From Oscillospiraceae bacterium (lineage in GTDB: Bacteria > Bacillota > Clostridia > Oscillospirales > Ruminococcaceae): a DNA stretch of 64,000 nt. Shown in pieces: positions 8,561-16,960 of the stretch. The notes under the pieces were generated by a model. It saw only the letters and a list, made by a program, of their open reading frames with translations. It did not search any database and was not told the DNA's origin. Where the stretch lies: positions 3,088 through 67,087 of the forward strand of contig JAZQJI010000034.1 of assembly GCA_045541475.1 (NCBI GenBank), written 5' to 3'. A program made the position numbers and the translations under genes. Within the stretch, counting starts at the first letter, position 1. Each line of letters begins with the position of its first letter.

Positions 8561-10942
8561 ATGTATCAGGTACAAAAAAGAGACGGAAAAATTGCAAAGT
8601 ACGAAATTTCAAAAATCAGCGAGGCTATAAAAAAGGCTTTTGAAGCTCTTGATAAAGAATATAATCAGGATGTTATTGATTTTCTTGCACTCAAGGTTAC
8701 TGCTGATTTTGAAAAGAAAATCGAAAATTCACTTATTGCTGTTGAAGATATTCAGGACAGCGTAGAGTATGTTCTTATCCAGGCAGGCTACGGCGATGTT
8801 GCCAAGGCTTATATTCTTTACAGAAGACAGAGAGAAAAGCTTAGAAATCTTAAATCTACAATTCTTGACTATAAAGATGTTGTTGACAGCTATGTAAAGG
8901 TTACTGACTGGCGTGTTAAGGAAAATTCTACCGTAACATATTCCGTTGGCGGACTTATTCTCAACAACTCGGGTGCAATCACAGCTCACTACTGGCTCTC
9001 CGAAATCTACGATGATGAAATTGCGAATGCACACCGCAACGCAGATATCCACATTCATGACCTTTCTATGATTACAGGTTACTGCGCAGGTTGGTCCTTA
9101 AAGCAGCTCATCAAGGATGGCCTTGGCGGCGTACCCGGCAAGATTACATCTGCACCTGCAAAGCACCTTGCAACACTTTGCAACCAGATGGTAAACTTCC
9201 TTGGAATTATGCAGAATGAATGGGCAGGCGCACAGGCGTTCTCGTCTTTCGACACATATCTTGCTCCCTTTGTAAAGATTGATAATCTTTCTTATTCTCA
9301 GGTTAAAAAGTGTATCGAATCCTTTATTTACGGTGTAAACACACCAAGCAGATGGGGTACACAGGCACCTTTCTCCAACATTACTCTTGACTGGACTGTT
9401 CCTAACGACCTTGCAGAGCTTAACTGTATTGTAGGCGGCAAGGAAGTTGACTTTAAATATAAGGATTGTAAAAAGGAAATGGATATGATAAACAGAGCGT
9501 TTATCGAAACCATGATCGAGGGCGATGCTCATGGCAGAGGCTTCCAGTATCCCATTCCCACATATTCCATCACAAAGGATTTTGACTGGTCCGAAACAGA
9601 GAATAACAAGCTCCTTTTCGAGATGACATCAAAATACGGCACACCCTATTTCTCAAACTATATCAACAGCGATATGGAACCCAGTGATATCCGCAGTATG
9701 TGCTGCCGTTTGCGTCTTGATTTGAGAGAATTGCGCAAGAAAACAGGCGGTTTCTTCGGCAGCGGCGAGAACACAGGTTCTGTGGGTGTTGTTACAATCA
9801 ATATGCCCAGAATTGCATATCTTGCTACAGATGAGCAGGATTTCTACAAGCGTCTTGATAAATTGATGGATATTTCCGCACGTTCGCTCAAAATTAAGCG
9901 TGATATCATTTCAAGACTTCTCGACGAAGGTCTTTACCCTTACACACGCCGTTACCTCGGTTCTCTTGATAACCATTTCTCGACAATCGGTCTTATCGGT
10001 ATGAACGAAGTTGGTCTTAATGCAAAATGGCTCAGAAAAGACCTTACACACGTTGAAACTCAGGAATTTACAAAGCAGGTACTCAATCACATGAGAGAGC
10101 GTCTTTCCGATTATCAGGAAATGTACGGCGACCTTTACAACCTTGAAGCAACCCCTGCTGAAAGCACAACTTACCGTCTTGCAAAGCATGATGTTCAGCG
10201 TTACCCCGGCATCATCACAGCAGCCAAAACAGATGATGCTGCACCATACTATACAAACAGCTCGCATCTTCCTGTTGGATATACAGAAGATATCTTTGCT
10301 GCGCTTGATATTCAGGATGAATTGCAGACACTTTACACATCAGGTACAGTATTCCACGCATTTTTGGGCGAAAAGTTACCCGATTGGCAGGCAGCTGCAA
10401 ATCTTGTAAGAAAAATTGCAGATAACTACAAACTGCCCTACTACACACTTTCTCCCACATATACAGTTTGTAAGAACCACGGTTATATCACAGGCGAGCA
10501 TTATACCTGCCCTGATTGCGGTGAAGAAACTGAGGTTTACAGCAGAATTACAGGATATTACCGCCCTGTTAAGAACTGGAATGACGGCAAGGCCGAGGAA
10601 TTTAAGGACAGAAAAGTTTACAGCATTAAGTTTGCAGATGACAAAGAGGTTATAAAGCATAGTTGTGACTGCGGCTGTGAAGATACAGGCGCTATCGAAA
10701 AAGTTATGCTGTTTGCATCAAAGAGCTGCCCAAACTGCAAAATGGCAGAAATGTTCCTTACAAAAGCAAATATCCCTTATGAAAAGATAGTTGCTGAGGA
10801 AAATCCTGCACTTGCACAGCAGTATGAAATCAAGCAGGCGCCCACACTTGTGCTTGTAACCGAAAATGGCGTTGAAAAAATCGTTAACGTATCCAATATC
10901 CGCAAATTTGCTGATGAGAACGTAGTTCTGGAGGATGCATAA
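8561..10942 (+). CDS. nrdD: anaerobic (class III) ribonucleoside-triphosphate reductase NrdD with fused C-terminal glutaredoxin/NrdH-like redoxin domain
   Basis: N-terminal ATP-cone (VQKRDGKIAKYEISKI). Zn-ribbon cysteines plus glycyl-radical motif SRITGYYRP. About 110 extra residues follow, with CDCGCE, CPNC and APTLVLV motifs. Confidence 0.85.
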   Translation: MYQVQKRDGKIAKYEISKISEAIKKAFEALDKEYNQDVIDFLALKVTADFEKKIENSLIAVEDIQDSVEYVLIQAGYGDVAKAYILYRRQREKLRNLKSTILDYKDVVDSYVKVTDWRVKENSTVTYSVGGLILNNSGAITAHYWLSEIYDDEIANAHRNADIHIHDLSMITGYCAGWSLKQLIKDGLGGVPGKITSAPAKHLATLCNQMVNFLGIMQNEWAGAQAFSSFDTYLAPFVKIDNLSYSQVKKCIESFIYGVNTPSRWGTQAPFSNITLDWTVPNDLAELNCIVGGKEVDFKYKDCKKEMDMINRAFIETMIEGDAHGRGFQYPIPTYSITKDFDWSETENNKLLFEMTSKYGTPYFSNYINSDMEPSDIRSMCCRLRLDLRELRKKTGGFFGSGENTGSVGVVTINMPRIAYLATDEQDFYKRLDKLMDISARSLKIKRDIISRLLDEGLYPYTRRYLGSLDNHFSTIGLIGMNEVGLNAKWLRKDLTHVETQEFTKQVLNHMRERLSDYQEMYGDLYNLEATPAESTTYRLAKHDVQRYPGIITAAKTDDAAPYYTNSSHLPVGYTEDIFAALDIQDELQTLYTSGTVFHAFLGEKLPDWQAAANLVRKIADNYKLPYYTLSPTYTVCKNHGYITGEHYTCPDCGEETEVYSRITGYYRPVKNWNDGKAEEFKDRKVYSIKFADDKEVIKHSCDCGCEDTGAIEKVMLFASKSCPNCKMAEMFLTKANIPYEKIVAEENPALAQQYEIKQAPTLVLVTENGVEKIVNVSNIRKFADENVVLEDA

Positions 10943-11844
10943 TGCACGATATAGCTATTATCGGAGCGGGTCCTGCGGGATTATCAGCGGCAGTTTATGC
11001 AAGAAGAAGCGGTAAAAGTGTAATTGTTATTGAAAAAGGCGTGTTTGGCGGTCAAATAACTTATTCTCCTAAAGTCGAGAATGTTCCCGGATTTGTTGAA
11101 ATCAGCGGCAATGAATTTGCCGAAAAACTGATAGAACAGGCGATAAATCAGGGTGCAGAAATAGAGCTTGACACCATTTTGAATGTAAACAAGACTGATG
11201 ATGGATTTGTACTCTCTGCCGAAAGCGGAGAGTACAGCGCTAAAAGTGTGATTATTGCGGCGGGTTCAAAGCACCGCAGACTTGGACTTGAAAACGAGGA
11301 AGAACTTATCGGCAACGGCATATCGTTTTGTGCTGTTTGTGATGGTGCGTTTTTTGCAGGTCAGGATGTAGCGGTTATCGGTGGTGGAAATACAGCCTTG
11401 CAGGAAGCCGTGCTTTTAAGCGAAACATCAACAAAGGTTACTATTGTTCAAAATCTTGGATTTTTAACGGGCGAAAAAGCACTTGTTGAAAAGCTTGAAA
11501 AAACACCGAATGTTGAGATTATCTGCAATGCGACGGTAAAGGCGTTTAATGGCACATCGGAACTTGAAAGCATTGTTATCGAAAAAGACGGCGCAGAGCA
11601 GTTGATAAATGTTAGCGGTGCATTTGTGGCAATAGGACAGCAACCCGAAAACGAGCCTTTTGCTTCGCTTGCCGATATTGACGAATACGGATACATTACT
11701 GCAACGGAAAACTGCACAACCAAAACTGAAGGTGTTTTTGTTGCAGGTGATTGCCGCACAAAGAGCATAAGGCAGGTTGTAACTGCTGCTGCTGATGGTG
11801 CAATTGCGGCTTTAGCTGCTTGCAGATATATTGATAATATATAA
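10942..11844 (+). CDS. trxB: thioredoxin-disulfide reductase
   Basis: FAD motif IIGAGPAGLSAAVYA, redox-active CAVCDG, NADPH motif VIGGGNTA. The start ATG overlaps the nrdD stop (ATAATG). RBS GGAGGATG lies inside the nrdD 3' end. Confidence 0.9.
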   Translation: MHDIAIIGAGPAGLSAAVYARRSGKSVIVIEKGVFGGQITYSPKVENVPGFVEISGNEFAEKLIEQAINQGAEIELDTILNVNKTDDGFVLSAESGEYSAKSVIIAAGSKHRRLGLENEEELIGNGISFCAVCDGAFFAGQDVAVIGGGNTALQEAVLLSETSTKVTIVQNLGFLTGEKALVEKLEKTPNVEIICNATVKAFNGTSELESIVIEKDGAEQLINVSGAFVAIGQQPENEPFASLADIDEYGYITATENCTTKTEGVFVAGDCRTKSIRQVVTAAADGAIAALAACRYIDNI

Positions 11845-11849
11845 TAATG

Positions 11850-11885
11850 AATCGCTCTCCTATTCAGGAGGGCGATTGTTGTTAT
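11850..11885 (+). terminator. rho-independent terminator of nrd-trxB operon
   Basis: aatcgctctcct-attc-aggagggcgatt then gttgttat. Confidence 0.7.
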
Positions 11886-11914
11886 ATGGTCGTGCCAAAA
11901 CAAATATTAATGAG

Positions 11915-11950
11915 TCAACAAAGCCCCGAAATGCTCCGCCGGCAGCAGCC
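11915..11950. repeat. copy A of a conserved ~38-nt intergenic motif (TCAAYAAAGCCCCGAAATGCTCYGYCGGYAGCARCC)
   Basis: Near-identical to 59582..59621. GC-rich island in an AT-rich spacer. Followed by an imperfect hairpin gccggcagc...gctaccggc. Confidence 0.5.
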
Positions 11951-12055
11951 AGCCGCACCCGATGACAGCTACCGGCACCGCCAGATAATCTCAATCATAA
12001 ATCATCAAAAAATACAAATGATAATAAAAATCTAATGATTTGAAAGGATGGTTTT

Positions 12056-13246
12056 ATGAAAAAAGGTTTGTTTTTTAAAAAGCTTTCGGCGTTTTTCTTT
12101 GTGCCTTCAATGTTTTTAATGACGCTTTGTGGATATTATTCCGCAAAGCTGCCCGACAAATACTATGTATATCACAACGATACGCCCCAAATTTCCACAG
12201 TATTTCCAATAACTGCCGAATATGACAGTGTTGAAAATGCATACGGCGGAAACACCGAACAATCATATACTGCGCAAACAAATTTGTTTGGAATTATACC
12301 TGTAAAGAACGTTGAAATAGAAAGTATAGATAAAAAATATCTGATACCGGGCGGCGAAGCGTTTGGCATAAAAATAATGGCAGACGGCGTTATGGTAGTG
12401 TCCATAAGTGATGTTGACGGCGTTTCTCCTGCAGCTGAGTGCGGACTTTGCGTTGGCGATGTGATTACCCAAATTGATGGGCATGATGTAGATACAAATG
12501 ATGACGTGCAAAATATTATTGCCAAGAGCGATGGCAATGAACTTGAACTGACTGTTTTGCGCAGCGGTGAAGAATATACCCTGATGCTTGAACCTGAGTA
12601 TTCTCGTGAAGAGTGTGAATACTGTGCAGGAATATGGGTAAGAGATAGCTCCGCAGGAATTGGCACGGTGACTTTTTATAATCCAAATAACCTACTGTTT
12701 GGTGGGCTTGGCCATGCAGTGTGCGACAGCGATACGGACGAAATAGTGCCGCTTCTAAGCGGTAAAGTTTCGGGAGTGGAGATTTTTGGAGTTAAAAAAA
12801 GCATTAAAGGTTCTCCCGGAGAGCTGCAAGGGCGATTTGTTAATGAAGATATCTGCGGAATGATTACAAAAAACAATGATTACGGCGTATTTGGCACTCT
12901 CAGCGAGTTTTCGCCCCATGCTGATGCTGTTGAGCTTGGTTTGAAACAAGATGTTGAATTGGGTGATGCCGTTATGCTGACAACAATTGACGGAAACTCT
13001 CCGCAGGAATACTCAATAAATATCAAGAGTATTGATTTTGATAGCAAAGACGGATTGAAAAGTATTGTGGTTGAGGTGACTGATGAGGAATTGCTTGAAA
13101 AATGCGGCGGAATTGTTAGAGGAATGTCTGGCTCGCCGATTTTGCAAAACGGAAAGCTTGTTGCGGCAGTTACACACGTTTTTGTTAACGATCCACAAAA
13201 GGGGTATGCAGTTTTTGCTGAAACGATGATAGAGAGTATGGGATAA
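12056..13246 (+). CDS. spoIVB: SpoIVB-like serine peptidase (PDZ + peptidase S55)
   Basis: N-terminal TM/signal. PDZ-like GDVITQIDGHDV. C-terminal catalytic GMSGSPIL. RBS AAAGGATGG. Confidence 0.7.
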   Translation: MKKGLFFKKLSAFFFVPSMFLMTLCGYYSAKLPDKYYVYHNDTPQISTVFPITAEYDSVENAYGGNTEQSYTAQTNLFGIIPVKNVEIESIDKKYLIPGGEAFGIKIMADGVMVVSISDVDGVSPAAECGLCVGDVITQIDGHDVDTNDDVQNIIAKSDGNELELTVLRSGEEYTLMLEPEYSREECEYCAGIWVRDSSAGIGTVTFYNPNNLLFGGLGHAVCDSDTDEIVPLLSGKVSGVEIFGVKKSIKGSPGELQGRFVNEDICGMITKNNDYGVFGTLSEFSPHADAVELGLKQDVELGDAVMLTTIDGNSPQEYSINIKSIDFDSKDGLKSIVVEVTDEELLEKCGGIVRGMSGSPILQNGKLVAAVTHVFVNDPQKGYAVFAETMIESMG

Positions 13247-13251
13247 CAAAA

Positions 13252-13283
13252 AACGCATCTGCCAACATTGCGACAGATGCGTT
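13252..13283. terminator. bidirectional terminator between spoIVB and pilin gene
   Basis: aacgcatctg-ccaacattgcga-cagatgcgtt with A-run upstream and T-rich downstream. Confidence 0.65.
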
Positions 13284-13305
13284 AACTTTATGTGATTTTA
13301 ATTTG

Positions 13306-13857
13306 TTACGGTTCCCAAGACAAAACTTCGGACATATTAGCAAATTCAGGATCATCGGGATCAACCGCATCGGGAAATGCACCGATATATCTGGAATCGG
13401 AATGTTCAGCCCAAAAAGCGCGTACAATTGTACCGTTTGGTGCTACCACAACAACGGCGGAACTGCCGACAGTATCCACTGATGATTTATCAGAAATATA
13501 CTTTTCAGCTGCCATTTTTAACGATGAAAGCTGAACAGAATTTGCTGTATCGGGTTCAAACTCGTCAATTGCAAATGATTTGTAGCAGTAGCCGTTTGCA
13601 GCTGCATCGCCTGCAACAAAAGGTTCTTCCTTCATAACCTCTGTGCCGTCATCTTGAATATAATGTACATCATTCACTTTATATTCAACACAATACTGTG
13701 CGGCGCTGTTGTAAACAATGCGTGCAACTGTATTTGCGTCCTGATACTTTGCGTCTTTAACGAAATTTACAATATTAGGCACAAGCAAACCGCCAAGAAC
13801 GCCTATAATAGCAAGAACTATAATAAGTTCAACCAAAGTAAAGCCTTTTAATTTCAC
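13306..13857 (-). CDS. type IV pilin paralog 1 (prepilin with short leader MKLKG|FTLVEL)
   Basis: Class III signal KLKGFTLVELIIVLAIIGVLGGLLVPNI. Start set to the GTG 6 nt after GAGGTGA. C-terminal xG(A/S)(F/Y)P motif is shared with the other three paralogs. Confidence 0.8.
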   Translation of the reverse strand: MKLKGFTLVELIIVLAIIGVLGGLLVPNIVNFVKDAKYQDANTVARIVYNSAAQYCVEYKVNDVHYIQDDGTEVMKEEPFVAGDAAANGYCYKSFAIDEFEPDTANSVQLSSLKMAAEKYISDKSSVDTVGSSAVVVVAPNGTIVRAFWAEHSDSRYIGAFPDAVDPDDPEFANMSEVLSWEP

Positions 13858-13897
13858 CAAAATCACCTCAAAACGAAATTTATAGATATCCGCTTAT

Positions 13898-13926
13898 ATT
13901 ATAGCAGATACAACAAAATTTGTCAA
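13898..13926 (-). promoter_or_regulatory. perfect consensus sigma-A promoter TTGACA-17-TATAAT for pilin paralog 1
   Basis: Reverse complement ttgacaaattttgttgtatctgctataat. Transcript start about 30 nt before the start codon. Confidence 0.6.
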
Positions 13927-13939
13927 CAAAAAATTTTTA

Positions 13940-14380
13940 TTATTGCTCGTCAGGCAATTGTTCATACTCGTGACTGCTCAGCGTTGCTTCTTCGGGATAT
14001 GATCCGACGATTTTGCTGTCAGTAGATTTTGATACATAAGCTGCCTGCACCTTGCCGCCCTGGATGATTACAGTGTAATAATGATCATCAAACTCGCTGG
14101 TTATGCGATTGTTTATCTGGTCGGTTATATCGGTTACATTTCCGTCCCATTTGCCGAATTTTCTGCAATAAACCGATTCTACTTCGTCAGCCTTTCTGCC
14201 TTCGCAGTATTTTTCAGCAGCTTCATAAACCATTCTTGCGCCGTTGTTCATTTTTTCGTATTGAGTTTCGTAATACCAATCACGTGCAGCTGGCCATACA
14301 AAAAAGTATATAAGTGCGCAGCTTGCCAAAAAAACAAGCAACTTTATTACAGAAAAGCCTTTTAATCTTATTCTATTCAT
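13940..14380 (-). CDS. type IV pilin-like paralog 2 with degenerate N-terminus (Glu5 replaced by Lys)
   Basis: RLKG|FSVIKLLVFLASCALIYFF keeps the G-F cleavage context and hydrophobic helix but lacks the conserved E5. C-terminal VGSYPEE is shared with the paralogs. RBS AAGGGAG. Confidence 0.65.
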   Translation of the reverse strand: MNRIRLKGFSVIKLLVFLASCALIYFFVWPAARDWYYETQYEKMNNGARMVYEAAEKYCEGRKADEVESVYCRKFGKWDGNVTDITDQINNRITSEFDDHYYTVIIQGGKVQAAYVSKSTDSKIVGSYPEEATLSSHEYEQLPDEQ

Positions 14381-14414
14381 GATATCGATCGCTCCCTTTA
14401 TTTAAAGAGGATAA

Positions 14415-14446
14415 GGCAGATAGTTTGCTAAAACAAACTATCTGCC
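14415..14446 (-). terminator. terminator after pilin paralog 3
   Basis: ggcagatagtttg-ctaaaa-caaactatctgcc (13-bp stem). U-tract on the minus strand. Confidence 0.65.
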
Positions 14447-14465
14447 GTAGAATTAATTTGTAAAC

Positions 14466-14978
14466 TTACGTTTCGTCTTCAATGTCGCCGGGGATTTCTT
14501 CCTGCACACATTCTGTGATGTTTGCCCACTTCGGTGCATCATCATCATTCGGTTCGGGGTAAGAGCCGACAAATTCGTTGTTTTCAAACTCTGCCCAATA
14601 AGCAGCGTGTACAATCTGATTTTCTACATAAACCGCAAAATATGTGCCTTCAGCGTCGGCGCCGAGGTACTTATTAACTGCATCGGGGATAGAAAGCATT
14701 TCAGCATCCTTGACCCATTCATGTACACGAGCTGCATAACTTTTGGGTTCTTCTCTGCTTGCGTTGGATCCCGAGGCATATTCCGAACAATATGTAGAAG
14801 CAGCGGTATAAACGGTTTTTGCATTGCTGTTTGCAGTGCGGAAGCGAGAACCACGGATGTATCCCATCATTGAAGGGACGAGTATAGCCGCCAAAATTCC
14901 GATAATGGCGATTACTACAATAAGTTCAACAAGGGTAAAGCCTTTAAGCTTCTTTGTGAAATTGGATTCCACTTTCAT
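14466..14978 (-). CDS. type IV pilin paralog 3 (prepilin, 13-aa leader)
   Basis: MKVESNFTKKLKG|FTLVELIVVIAIIGILAAILVPSMMGYI, then NAKTVYTAASTYCSEY and VGSYPEP. Confidence 0.85.
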   Translation of the reverse strand: MKVESNFTKKLKGFTLVELIVVIAIIGILAAILVPSMMGYIRGSRFRTANSNAKTVYTAASTYCSEYASGSNASREEPKSYAARVHEWVKDAEMLSIPDAVNKYLGADAEGTYFAVYVENQIVHAAYWAEFENNEFVGSYPEPNDDDAPKWANITECVQEEIPGDIEDET

Positions 14979-15010
14979 TTACACCTCAATTTGTTTTAGT
15001 TGTGCATTGT

Positions 15011-15040
15011 GTAAAAAAGCCCCGAATGGTTACGGGGCTT
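15011..15040 (-). terminator. strong rho-independent terminator after the major pilin gene
   Basis: aagccccg-aatggtta-cggggctt with aaaaaa on the plus side, giving a U6 tail on the minus strand. Confidence 0.75.
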
Positions 15041-15083
15041 TCCTTACTATTAATTTGTGTTTAATAATTCTTACTTACTAAAA

Positions 15084-15593
15084 TTAGTTCATAAGAGTTG
15101 CAACAGCTGTAGAGTAATCAGCGCTAGCACCGCCGGAAGGCCATGTAGGATTGTCAACTGCTGTGTCAGGATCTACTGCTGTAGGATAGCTACCGATGTA
15201 GTTAGCGCCATCCTTGGACCACATAGCACCTTCAACGCCTGTAGCGTCGCAGTAAACTGCCCAAGAAGAACCTTCAGCATCAGCACCGAGGTACTTGTCG
15301 ATAGAAGCAGCGATGCTTCCGCATGTTGTGCCTTCAGACCAGCCGGAACCACCAACTGTGCCGTTACCGCCGGAAGGAGCCTGCTTAGGATTAGCAGATG
15401 TGCCGGGGTTTTCAGCGTACTCAGTGATGTATGTAGCTGCTGCTGTGTAAACTGTCTTTGCGTTACCATTTGCGCTCTTATATCTGGAGCTCTTGATGTA
15501 ACCCATCATTGAGGGTACGAGGATTGCTGCGAGGATACCGATGATTGCGATAACAACGATAAGCTCAACGAGTGTAAAACCTTTGAATTTCAT
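15084..15593 (-). CDS. type IV pilin paralog 4, probable major pilin (PilA-like; Ruminococcus CbpC/GP25-type)
   Basis: MKFKG|FTLVELIVVIAIIGILAAILVPSMMGYIKSS. Strong RBS AAGGAGGA. Own consensus promoter and strong terminator. The track ORF extends upstream with no RBS, so the start was trimmed. Confidence 0.85.
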   Translation of the reverse strand: MKFKGFTLVELIVVIAIIGILAAILVPSMMGYIKSSRYKSANGNAKTVYTAAATYITEYAENPGTSANPKQAPSGGNGTVGGSGWSEGTTCGSIAASIDKYLGADAEGSSWAVYCDATGVEGAMWSKDGANYIGSYPTAVDPDTAVDNPTWPSGGASADYSTAVATLMN

Positions 15594-15718
15594 AATAAAA
15601 TTCCTCCTTATAAATAATGTCGGGCTGTGCCCGTTAATAATACGGTAGAGAGAAAAATCTTGCCGACGAATACCGATTGGCTTGCCGGGAATTTTTTCTG
15701 TCCTCACCTTACAATGAC

Positions 15719-15747
15719 ATTATAACAACCCCTAAAGAAAATGTCAA
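15719..15747 (-). promoter_or_regulatory. perfect consensus sigma-A promoter TTGACA-17-TATAAT driving the major pilin, ~120-nt leader
   Basis: Reverse complement ttgacattttctttaggggttgttataat. Confidence 0.65.
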
Positions 15748-15902
15748 GAGATTTTGAAAAAAATTTTCACAAAACTATCACTTTCTACCCGAAAGCGATT
15801 GAAATCGTTTACAAAATGCTTGTCTTTCGTTTAAATGCACAAAAACTTTTCAATATTCTATCAAATCCATGCGTTTTGACAAAGTGAAAATATGAATACA
15901 AA

Positions 15903-15940
15903 GAAAAATATAAGGGACGAATGTGAAAATTCGTCCCTTT
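15903..15940 (-). terminator. rho-independent terminator of trpS
   Basis: agggacga-atgtgaaaat-tcgtccct with U-run on the minus strand. Confidence 0.7.
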
Positions 15941-15952
15941 ATCATCACAAAA

Positions 15953-16960
15953 TTATCTGGGCAGTTGAACAAACCCTGCTTTTTTGTAAACTTTTGAGAG
16001 TACACGTCTTGAAAGTGCAAATGCCTGCTGTGCGCCGTTGGTGTAACACTGTTCAAGGTAAGCTTTATCAGCAATAAGTCTTGCATATTCGCTGCGTACG
16101 CTTTCAAGAGAATCCGCAACAGCTTCACCCACGGCAATTTTAAAGTCGCCGTAGCCCTTGCCTGCAAATTCGCTTTCAACCTCTGCCACAGTTTTGCCTG
16201 TTACGGCAGAATAAATTGTGATGAGGTTGTTTATGCCTGCTTTGCCATCTCTGTATACAATCTCAGCTTCGCTATCGGTAACTGCACGCTTAAACCTGCG
16301 GATAATCGTATCCTTATCATCAAGAATATAAACACATGCATTGGGATTGGCGTCGGATTTTGACATCTTCTTCTCGGGATCCTGCAGAGACATAACCCTT
16401 GCGCCGACTGTGGGGATATAAGGTTCGGGAACGGTAAATGTTTCGCTGTATTTTTGGTTAAAGCGCACGGCAATGTTGCGTGCAAGCTCAAGGTGTTGTT
16501 TCTGGTCTGCACCTATGGGCACCAAATCAGCATTGTAAGCAAGAATATCTGCAGCCATTAAAACAGGGTATGTAAACAAGCCTGCGTTGATGTTATCGGC
16601 ATGCTTTGCGCTCTTGTCCTTAAACTGAGTCATTCGTGAAAGCTCGCCGAACTGTGTGGAGCAGGAGAGCACCCAGCTCAACTCTGCATGGTTAGGGTTG
16701 TGGCTTTGTATAAATGCTATTGATTTTTCGGGATCAATACCGCAGGCAAGCAACAAAGCGTAAGCCTGCAAGGTGTTTTTGCGCAAAACGGCAGGCTCCT
16801 GCTTTACGGTGATAGCGTGCAAATCTACAATGCAATAGATGCAGTTGTATTCATCCTGCAACGGTCCCCAATTGCGTACCGCACCTATATAGTTGCCCAA
16901 AGTAAATACACCTGTGGGCTGTATTCCGCTGAAAATCAGCTTTTTATCTTTATCAAACAT
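15953..16960 (-). CDS. trpS: tryptophan--tRNA ligase
   Basis: IFSGIQPTGVFTLGNYIGA (HIGH-region variant) and KMSKS motif (KKMSKSD). 335 aa. Confidence 0.95.
   Translation of the reverse strand: MFDKDKKLIFSGIQPTGVFTLGNYIGAVRNWGPLQDEYNCIYCIVDLHAITVKQEPAVLRKNTLQAYALLLACGIDPEKSIAFIQSHNPNHAELSWVLSCSTQFGELSRMTQFKDKSAKHADNINAGLFTYPVLMAADILAYNADLVPIGADQKQHLELARNIAVRFNQKYSETFTVPEPYIPTVGARVMSLQDPEKKMSKSDANPNACVYILDDKDTIIRRFKRAVTDSEAEIVYRDGKAGINNLITIYSAVTGKTVAEVESEFAGKGYGDFKIAVGEAVADSLESVRSEYARLIADKAYLEQCYTNGAQQAFALSRRVLSKVYKKAGFVQLPR

Noticed and set aside
11847-12035. 62-aa ORF in the trxB-spoIVB spacer
   Set aside because: Overlaps the operon terminator and the conserved GC-rich intergenic motif. 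No RBS. Composition unlike coding.
15594-15707. Upstream extension of the major pilin ORF (MRTEKIPGKP...)
   Set aside because: No RBS for the upstream start. An internal ATG with AAGGAGGA 8 nt upstream gives the canonical MKFKG|FTLVEL prepilin leader.
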